Notes: generated by a model not told the origin, from the letters alone. 25,720 nt of DNA from an uncultured Bacilli bacterium (GCA_947631885.1 CANRMZ010000001.1:1-25720); one strand, 5' to 3'; positions 9,394 through 15,618 are shown, numbered from the stretch's first letter. Made by a program: numbers and translations.

Positions 9394-9612
9394 ATGAGAT
9401 TAGATTTTTATGATATTGATTACAGCATTGAACATTTAGAAGATGGTTTTAAAATTTACGACAATGGAAATAGATACCACATGTATGATAATGGCATCAT
9501 TTTCGATGATTGGTATAAAACATTTATTGAGTATTTACCTGCTGAAGAAGAATACAGAAATAGAGTTATTGAATGGGTAAATTCTTTCAAAAAAGAAAGA
9601 GGTGTAAAGTAA
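9394..9612 (+). CDS. Hypothetical protein
   Basis: 72 aa, GAGG RBS. Confidence 0.65.
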   Translation: MRLDFYDIDYSIEHLEDGFKIYDNGNRYHMYDNGIIFDDWYKTFIEYLPAEEEYRNRVIEWVNSFKKERGVK

Positions 9613-9771
9613 ATGATAAATAATAAACCTTTATATGAAATGTTAGTTGAATATATTAAAAATAATAAAAAATATAATAATATCGACTACGTTCAATCAA
9701 TTTACTATTTACAAGATATTATCAATCTCATTTTAAAAGATTTTGAACGGGGTGAGATAAATGAAAATTGA
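9613..9771 (+). CDS. Hypothetical protein, 52 aa (not in the ORF track)
   Basis: Starts directly after the previous stop; RBS GAGGTG. Confidence 0.5.
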   Translation: MINNKPLYEMLVEYIKNNKKYNNIDYVQSIYYLQDIINLILKDFERGEINEN

Positions 9772-9892
9772 AATTAACGTAAAAGATTTAACAACATTTT
9801 TGAATTACCTGCTAGATAAAGTGGAAGAATGCTACAAAGAAGAATGTATGCAGTCACTTCAAAGATTTTTGAAAAGAAATGGGGTCTTATAA
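9761..9892 (+). CDS. Hypothetical protein, 43 aa (not in the ORF track)
   Basis: RBS GGGGTG; fills the gap before the resolvase. Confidence 0.45.
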   Translation: MKIEINVKDLTTFLNYLLDKVEECYKEECMQSLQRFLKRNGVL

Positions 9893-9894
9893 TT

Positions 9895-10707
9895 ATGAAT
9901 AACTACGATGAAAACTTAAAAGAAATTAATTACTACATAGATTTATATGAAAAGGGAGAGTTTCCAGATATCAAGCAATATATAACAAGTGAAAACTTGT
10001 TTTTCTCCCTTTATAAATGCGATATTTATGCGTATTTACGAGTATCAACAGAGCATCAAGATTTTGGAAGGCAAATTATAGAATTATATCATTTTCTTAA
10101 AAAGAGAAAAATTTCTATTCCTATTCAACACATCTTTTTTGATAAATACACAGGAAAAAAGATAGATCGTGAACAGTATCAAGAAATGAAAACTTATTTT
10201 AAAGCAAATGATTATTTGTTAATTCCTAACCTATCCAGACTCGGCAGAAATTGGGACGATGTAAAAAAAGAATGGTATGAAATGGAAACTAAAAATATAA
10301 ATAGAGTCGTTTTAGATAACGAAAATTTATCCGTTGAACTTCCAAGCGAAGAAAAGAAAGTGGTTACACTTGAAAAGAAAATGATACAAGATATCACTTT
10401 CAGTGCTTGCCTTTACTCAGCATGTCAAAAGATTCAAGAAGTTAGTTCAGCAACAAAAGCAGGAATCGAAAAAGCACGAGAACAAGGAAAAACCATTGGT
10501 AGACCAAAAGGAAAATTTACGACCGAAACTAATTTTTTAGAAATGTTGAAAGCAATAAACAACGGGGAATCCCAAAAAGAAGCTTCTAAAAAATTAAAAT
10601 TTCCAGTAAGAACTTTCCAAGAATGGTTATATCGTTATTATAAAAGATATAACGTTAAAACCATAAAAGAACTACTATATTTATTAGAAAGAGAGGCTCA
10701 AAAATGA
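9895..10707 (+). CDS. Serine recombinase, resolvase/invertase family (start reassigned to 9895)
   Basis: YAYLRVSTEHQDFGRQ (catalytic Ser), DKYTGK, LSRLGRN, AREQGKTIGRPK and a C-terminal HTH. Confidence 0.92.
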   Translation: MNNYDENLKEINYYIDLYEKGEFPDIKQYITSENLFFSLYKCDIYAYLRVSTEHQDFGRQIIELYHFLKKRKISIPIQHIFFDKYTGKKIDREQYQEMKTYFKANDYLLIPNLSRLGRNWDDVKKEWYEMETKNINRVVLDNENLSVELPSEEKKVVTLEKKMIQDITFSACLYSACQKIQEVSSATKAGIEKAREQGKTIGRPKGKFTTETNFLEMLKAINNGESQKEASKKLKFPVRTFQEWLYRYYKRYNVKTIKELLYLLEREAQK

Positions 10708-10770
10708 CGATTATTTTAATTGGCATAGCTGTATTTATGGAATTAGCAAAAATGTCTAAAAAGTACTAAA

Positions 10771-10796
10771 AAACACCTTAAACGGTGTATTTTTTT
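10771..10796 (+). terminator. Probable intrinsic terminator of the plus-strand cassette
   Basis: ACACC-TTAAAC-GGTGT followed by a T tract. Confidence 0.55.
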
Positions 10797-11003
10797 GACT
10801 TTATTTTAAATTTTATATACTCTTTATATAAATGTGCCTTTATTTCTTGTTTTTATATGGTTTTTAGCAATGTTTCTATAATTTACGTATAACTTATCAC
10901 AAAACACTAAATGTGTCTAAAATCATATTTAAAACAGCTGATTTTATTTTTATAAAAATATATAATAATGTACAACATCTTATGCTTATTTTCTCTACAG
11001 TCA

Positions 11004-11041
11004 AAAAACTTTTTCATGGCTACGGCAAAAACTTTTTCATG
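11004..11041. repeat. 15-bp direct repeat AAAAACTTTTTCATG x2
   Basis: Exact copies at 11004-11018 and 11027-11041 (23-bp period). Confidence 0.75.
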
Positions 11042-11123
11042 ACAATGTAGATTTCCCTGCCATTCATTATCTTTTAGGCTCCCTCGTAGGAAGCTCAAGG
11101 ATTCGAACCTTGGTCTACATCAT
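11042..11123 (-). ncRNA. tRNA-like element with perfect T-arm and loop-closed acceptor-like helix
   Basis: Minus strand: ATGATGTAGA / CAAGG-TTCGAAT-CCTTG / GCTTCCT-ACG-AGGGAGC / ... TCTACATTGT (10-bp closing stem). Confidence 0.55.
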
Positions 11124-11242
11124 TTATAAATAACATACTGATAACAGAGGCGGTCTCTAACCATGGGCAATTAAGCCCATATGAATGCTACCAAGCATTT
11201 GATACCAGTATATTACCTGCTTTTGTTTCAATTATATATTTT

Positions 11243-11431
11243 TCATTGGTCTGCATTTAATTCCTTTTTTAATCGCATTTTAAGCCTTTTTCTTACTAAC
11301 CTACTATTAATCCGATTCTTATTTCTTGAATGCCACATATCATCTACAAAATCCCAACTTAACAAACTTTGGTATAACTTATTATCTATGTTTCTAAGAC
11401 CTCTTTGCTTGGAATTTCTTGTTCTACTCAT
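11243..11431 (-). CDS. Small basic hypothetical protein
   Basis: 62 aa, R/K-rich, ATGA-coupled. Confidence 0.6.
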   Translation of the reverse strand: MSRTRNSKQRGLRNIDNKLYQSLLSWDFVDDMWHSRNKNRINSRLVRKRLKMRLKKELNADQ

Positions 11432-11631
11432 AATCTTTTATACTTTCTTCGATTATCGTTTTCTTTGATGTCTACCACTATAACATCAGGGTTTCCACCT
11501 GTAGGAGCTTTTACTTCTACTGTGTCTCCTACTTTTAGATCCTTATTACTTTTATAATAATAAACTTTTTCATGCTTTCCGTAAGTTTTTCTATCAAATT
11601 GTACGCCTATTAATTTAGTCTTTTTCTTCAT
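11428..11631 (-). CDS. Hypothetical protein (start reassigned to 11631)
   Basis: MKKKTKLIGVQF...YYYKSNKDLKVGDTVEV; GAGG RBS. Confidence 0.65.
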   Translation of the reverse strand: MKKKTKLIGVQFDRKTYGKHEKVYYYKSNKDLKVGDTVEVKAPTGGNPDVIVVDIKENDNRRKYKRL

Positions 11632-12289
11632 AATCCGCCTCAATTACACTTGCTTTAATAGATGACATCCTTTTTTGAATTTCATCTATATTAGTTTCTT
11701 TTTTATGCTCTATAATTACAGGATTTGTTGCCTCAACAAGACCATGTTGTGCTTTTGCTGAAAAAATAGAAGTGATTTTTTCCAATTGCCCTACTTGTGC
11801 CGACGTTAGTATATTACCTACGATATAGTCATCTATTATTTGCATGATTTCCATTTTCTCGGCATCTTGTTTATAATTATTATATGTGACTGTACTAATT
11901 CCTAATAGTTGGCAAAATGTTGTTTTGTTTGGCGGAAATGGAACTTTTTCGTTTATCTTTGCGATCATTTCTTTATAAATTTGAAACGCGATGGCAAGTT
12001 CTTCTGGAGTATATGACTTTCTCATAACAATATCAATAGGCGCTGTACTTCTATTCGTTATTAAATTAAAAATTTGTGTAGATGTTAGTCCGTTTGGATC
12101 ATGAGCTAAAACTTTTTCAAGCTCTATTGAAACAGCCTCCGCTTTTTCTCTTACCATAGGTATTAAAGATTCTTTGGTAGCTAATTGTATATCTTTCACA
12201 AATTCTTGATGCTCCACAATTCTTCTATCTCTTTCTTTTTCTTGCACTTTTAAACTTTTTTCATGTATCTTTTTCATATCTTTTACCAT
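11615..12289 (-). CDS. terS: Putative terminase small subunit (P22 gp3-like DNA packaging protein)
   Basis: YTPEELAIAFQIYKEM...PPNKTTFCQLLGISTVTYNNYK...IIDDYI...IFSAKAQHGLVE resembles the gp3-type TerS pattern; recognised from memory. Confidence 0.62.
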   Translation of the reverse strand: MVKDMKKIHEKSLKVQEKERDRRIVEHQEFVKDIQLATKESLIPMVREKAEAVSIELEKVLAHDPNGLTSTQIFNLITNRSTAPIDIVMRKSYTPEELAIAFQIYKEMIAKINEKVPFPPNKTTFCQLLGISTVTYNNYKQDAEKMEIMQIIDDYIVGNILTSAQVGQLEKITSIFSAKAQHGLVEATNPVIIEHKKETNIDEIQKRMSSIKASVIEADYEEKD

Positions 12290-12630
12290 TGATTCGGCAC
12301 CTTGTCTTTCAAATAAAAATATCCATCATATGCTTCTTCTATTCCTGATGTTTGCATGTCACTATAATCTTTTAAATCATCTTCCAATTGTGAATAATAA
12401 AACGATAAATTTTTATCACAGTACTCATAATAAAGCCATAATGCATAATCGTCCCATGTCGTAAATCTTTTACTACGAAATGCTTTGCTTATATATCCTT
12501 TATATTTTCTGCTTACGAAATCTACAAAAGTTTTAGGCGGTTCTTCTTTATTGGTTTCCTCTTCTCCCCAAATCATTTTGTAAATGTCATCTAAATATTT
12601 TTTATCTTCGTTGCTTAATATCCTTTTCAT
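12283..12630 (-). CDS. Hypothetical protein
   Basis: 115 aa, coupled to rusA. Confidence 0.65.
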   Translation of the reverse strand: MKRILSNEDKKYLDDIYKMIWGEEETNKEEPPKTFVDFVSRKYKGYISKAFRSKRFTTWDDYALWLYYEYCDKNLSFYYSQLEDDLKDYSDMQTSGIEEAYDGYFYLKDKVPNQW

Positions 12631-13064
12631 TCATAATAAAGTATTTCTACCTTTAATCCCTCTTCTCCTACATTATATCTCTTTTTTATGCAAACATCTG
12701 TCACTTGAGCATCATCTTTGTATGCTACCCCATTTAAAGAATCTAACACACTTTTTACTAAGTTATCACAATCTGGTTTCTTTTGATATGCTTTTCCTTG
12801 CAATAAAAACTTCTTAGAATCACTATAACTTTCTGGTATTTTAAAATATGCTTCAATATTTACTGAAAGTTTTCCCTCATATTCTCTTGTCTCAAATGGA
12901 CAAGTGCAAAAATCAGGACTTTCTAAAAATTTACATCGGATTTTGCTTTCATAATCTGCCGTCTTTTTTGGAGTATAAGACCATACTTTTCCGTTTTTAC
13001 GTACTGTTCTTGGTCTTTCCTTCCCTTTTGGTTTTCCTAAATAAGTAAATTTAATTTGATACAT
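12627..13064 (-). CDS. rusA: RusA-family Holliday junction resolvase
   Basis: KPKGKERPR...KKPDCDNLVKSVLDSLNGVAYKDDAQV. Confidence 0.92.
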   Translation of the reverse strand: MYQIKFTYLGKPKGKERPRTVRKNGKVWSYTPKKTADYESKIRCKFLESPDFCTCPFETREYEGKLSVNIEAYFKIPESYSDSKKFLLQGKAYQKKPDCDNLVKSVLDSLNGVAYKDDAQVTDVCIKKRYNVGEEGLKVEILYYE

Positions 13065-13087
13065 TTTATCTCCTATTTATTCTATTT

Positions 13088-13165
13088 TGGAGACCTTTAT
13101 TGGATTCGAACCAATGAATCACGAATTTGCAGTTCGTTGCCTTAAACCATCTTGGCTAAAAGGTC
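13088..13165 (-). tRNA. tRNA-Cys(GCA)
   Basis: Acceptor GACCTTT/AAAGGTC, U73, encoded CCA, anticodon arm ACGAA-CTGCAAA-TTCGT, T-arm ATTGG-TTCGAAT-CCAAT. Confidence 0.93.
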
Positions 13166-13380
13166 TATAACGTAAAAAGTACCGAATCATCGGTACATCA
13201 ATGAAAAATGAATTATCTTGTAAGTCTTAAACAACAAGTACCGTTCTGCTATCTAATCATTACTTATAATTCGCATGGTTACCAACGACATGTACTCAAT
13301 AATGATTTATCATTAGCTTTCAAACCATGTCATCAGTAGAATTAAATCGTATAATCTTGTCTATAACACTTTTTTATACA

Positions 13381-13491
13381 AAGCCCTCATGTTATAGATA
13401 AGTTATAAGTCGTCCGCATAATTACGAACCAATTCCAGTATTGTAAAATAATTTACCATCTTTTTAGCGTTCTGTTTTGCTGTACGGGCTT
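13381..13491 (-). ncRNA. ACAGCAA-motif RNA unit 4
   Basis: Closing stem AAGCCC/GGGCTT, then GTACAGCAA; internal hairpins including a degenerate GGTTCG loop. Confidence 0.65.
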
Positions 13492-13501
13492 AAATGTAAA
13501 C

Positions 13502-13585
13502 AAGGCACCATTTTAAACTAAACGTTTCAATATTACCCTTTAATATCTGTTTGTTTTCTTTTAATTGTTTGCTGTAATGTGCCTT
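13502..13585 (-). ncRNA. ACAGCAA-motif RNA unit 3
   Basis: Closing stem AAGGCAC/GTGCCTT, then ATTACAGCAA; internal ATATTA-AAGGG-TAATAT hairpin. Confidence 0.65.
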
Positions 13586-13591
13586 TCATTC

Positions 13592-13700
13592 AAAGGACCT
13601 ATAATGCTCTACCGACTGAGCTACTCGCCCTTATAGGGTAAGAATGGATTCGAACCATTGACGTTTGCATGAATTGCATTGTTATTGCTGCAAGTCCTTT
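13592..13700 (-). ncRNA. Y-RNA (YrlA)-like circularly permuted tRNA mimic, unit 2
   Basis: AAAGGAC-TTGCAGCAAT..., T-arm AATGG-TTCGAAT-CCATT, acceptor-like CTTACCC-TATAA-GGGCGAG closed by a loop, D-arm TA-GCTC-AGTCGGTA-GAGC, ...GTCCTTT pairing with the 5' end. Confidence 0.8.
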
Positions 13701-13704
13701 TCTA

Positions 13705-13770
13705 ACAATCGTCTTTATTGATTCCTAAATTACAAGTTTAGACCAAATGAATTGCTGTACGACGATTTGT
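13705..13770 (-). ncRNA. ACAGCAA-motif RNA unit 1 with anticodon-like hairpin
   Basis: Closing stem AATCGTC/GACGATT, then GTACAGCAAT; internal CTAAA-CTTGTAA-TTTAG. Confidence 0.65.
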
Positions 13771-14031
13771 TTATTTTTTCTTCGTTCTTCTGCCTTTTCT
13801 AAAATGTTCTTTTGAGAAAATTTGTGCTTTTTCTTTAATCTCTTTACCCAGAGAAGTTAAGAACTTAGAGGCTTGAGAATTGCTCTTTAATTTCTTATTT
13901 GTTTTTCCCTTTTTATCAAGGTTCTTTTGTGTAACTACATAATGTTCTTTATATTTTTGATCCTTTAGTGGACTACTACCACCATGTAATCTCTTAGCCA
14001 TGATTTTCCTCATACTTCTTGTAATACTCAT
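13771..14031 (-). CDS. Small, highly basic protein (alternative start at 14001)
   Basis: K/R-rich; overlaps the 3' end of the DUF2828 gene; GAGG RBS before ATG 14001. Confidence 0.55.
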   Translation of the reverse strand: MSITRSMRKIMAKRLHGGSSPLKDQKYKEHYVVTQKNLDKKGKTNKKLKSNSQASKFLTSLGKEIKEKAQIFSKEHFRKGRRTKKK

Positions 14032-15316
14032 CTAAAAGAGTATTTAAAAATCTTTCTCCATCAAATCCAGCTTGTAGATATTTTAACATCATAGGCGAAT
14101 ATCCACTAATGTAAATATTTCCCATTTCATCTGTCTCGGGAACAGTCCTATTCTTTGCAAAATTCCACCAAACTATCTTAGTAGTATATCCTTTTTCTTT
14201 CCATAGTTTTTGTAATTCCTTTTTTGATTGATTAGAACCTATATCAAATTCCATATCAGATAACACAACTAAATATTCTGGCATCTCTTCTAATCCCTCT
14301 AATAACTTCATAACTTTACCAAAATCAGTATTGGAACAATCTCCTGTGTACATAGAAGTTAATTCTCTACTATATTTATTAGAATTTCCAAAACTCCAAC
14401 CTTTACATTTATTCATTTCATGAATAGTTATTAATTGAGGATTACTTGAAAAGCTAATCAATTGTCCGTTACAATATGTAGAACATTTTGATAAATAATG
14501 TGCTATAGATATTGCTTTACCAATACTATCATTACTGTCCCACATAGAACCACTTGTATCTAATATTGGAATACAATTTATTTTGATTTTCTCTAATTTA
14601 TCAAAGAATAAATCAGCATCTATTTTATCTCTGTTTCTATAAATATCATAGACGTTAGTAGTTGAAATATTTAATTTCTTTTCTCCTTTTTTAACGCTTT
14701 CTAAATACTTTTCAAAACGTACCCTTGTGTCTTCTCCTTTAGCAAATCTTGCATAGTATTTTACCATTGCTAAACTTGGAACTTGTTCAAATTTAATTTC
14801 ATTTGTTCTACATTCTGTTAGTTTCTTTTCAGTTGTTTCTACTTTAATTAGTTTACGATATTCTTTTTCTGAAAGTTTTAAATATTCACACAACGCTTTA
14901 GCAAGTTCTCTATTTGTACCTGTTAATCTTGGAAACCATTTTTTAGCTAACGCATTACCTTCTATAGCTCTCTTATACATGTAATCAACATATCGGTATA
15001 ATTGTTCAATATTGTTTGTTCCAGTAAGAAGTAAATCATCGAAACGACCACAATATTCAATATCTTCTGCATCAACTTCTGATAATCCTAATAATTTTCT
15101 TCCTAAGTCACGACGTCCTAATCCATTTCTTGGATCACGGATAAACATAGAAAACAATTTTTCCCTATCACTATTTCCAATATGTACTTCGTCTAAATGG
15201 TTTTCAAAATAAGAAGTCATAAACAAAATATCTAATAAATGATTTCCTGTTGTATTGTAGGATAAATCTCCATTTTCTGTTTTCTTTTTTGCAAATACTT
15301 TTTCTAATGCATTCAT
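13994..15316 (-). CDS. DUF2828-family protein with C-terminal vWA domain (Ro60/TROVE-like)
   Basis: TENGD..., FIRDPRNGLGRRD, AKKWFP, EYRK, QVPSLAM, MIDAS LDTSGSM, NTDFGKV, LSDMEFD, IVWWN, ISGYS follow the DUF2828 family pattern. Confidence 0.85.
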   Translation of the reverse strand: MNALEKVFAKKKTENGDLSYNTTGNHLLDILFMTSYFENHLDEVHIGNSDREKLFSMFIRDPRNGLGRRDLGRKLLGLSEVDAEDIEYCGRFDDLLLTGTNNIEQLYRYVDYMYKRAIEGNALAKKWFPRLTGTNRELAKALCEYLKLSEKEYRKLIKVETTEKKLTECRTNEIKFEQVPSLAMVKYYARFAKGEDTRVRFEKYLESVKKGEKKLNISTTNVYDIYRNRDKIDADLFFDKLEKIKINCIPILDTSGSMWDSNDSIGKAISIAHYLSKCSTYCNGQLISFSSNPQLITIHEMNKCKGWSFGNSNKYSRELTSMYTGDCSNTDFGKVMKLLEGLEEMPEYLVVLSDMEFDIGSNQSKKELQKLWKEKGYTTKIVWWNFAKNRTVPETDEMGNIYISGYSPMMLKYLQAGFDGERFLNTLLDEYYKKYEENHG

Positions 15317-15345
15317 TATTTCTTTTCCTAACTGTTTTCTTCTAT

Positions 15346-15422
15346 TGGTTGCTGATAATGGGCTCGAACCATTAAAATGTAAGCTCCAAGGGCTTATGTG
15401 TTACCAATTTCACCAATCAGCA
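15346..15422 (-). tRNA. tRNA-Gln(UUG), atypical anticodon loop
   Basis: U1-A72 acceptor TGCTGAT/ATCAGCA, encoded CCA, anticodon arm TAAGC-CCTTGGA-GCTTA. Confidence 0.82.
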
Positions 15423-15423
15423 A

Positions 15424-15500
15424 TGGTTACACCGACAGGATTTGAACCTGCAACCTCATGTTCCCAAAACACGTGTTCTGCCAAATTGAACTACGGCATA
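15424..15500 (-). tRNA. tRNA-Pro(UGG)
   Basis: Anticodon arm CGTGT-TTTGGGA-ACATG, T-arm GCAGG-TTCAAAT-CCTGT, A73 and encoded CCA. Confidence 0.88.
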
Positions 15501-15504
15501 ATGT

Positions 15505-15579
15505 TGGTTTCAGGGATGGGATTTGAACCCACATAGAACAGATAATGAGTCTGCCGAGTTACCAATACTCTACCCTGAT
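15505..15579 (-). tRNA. tRNA with CAU anticodon (Met-like; identity uncertain)
   Basis: ATCAGGG/CCCTGAA with an A1-A72 mismatch, GCAGA-CTCATTA-TCTGT, T-arm GTGGG-TTCAAAT-CCCAT, encoded CCA. Confidence 0.85.
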
Positions 15580-15618
15580 ATATAGAAAGGAGGTTTGATG
15601 GCAAGAAATTCGATATTC

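Noticed and set aside
9829-9894. Extended N-terminus of the resolvase ORF
   Set aside because: This stretch is better explained by the coupled 43-aa ORF 9761..9892, with ATG 9895 as the resolvase start.
7400-11041. Long inverted repeats flanking the plus-strand cassette (invertible segment)
   Set aside because: None found by eye, only short A/T-rich matches; a dot-plot would be needed to exclude them fully.
11088-11177. Canonical (intron-containing) tRNA-Asn reading of the tRNA-like element
   Set aside because: The apparent GGGCTTA acceptor would need bases already used by the T-stem. There is no valid D-stem, anticodon stem or CCA, and the loop-closed acceptor reading fits better.
8939-13048. 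ORFs 8939..9196, 10212..10397, 10907..11098, 11181..11468, 12584..12817, 12848..13048
   Set aside because: They overlap better-supported genes (ssb, resolvase, rusA, small minus-strand genes) or the tRNA-like RNA in another frame or strand.
13381-13770. CRISPR array interpretation of the four-unit repeat
   Set aside because: The shared sequence is only about 7 nt, unit lengths vary, and the conserved feature is terminal base-pairing. There is no cas operon; the Cas4-like nuclease sits in the recombination module.
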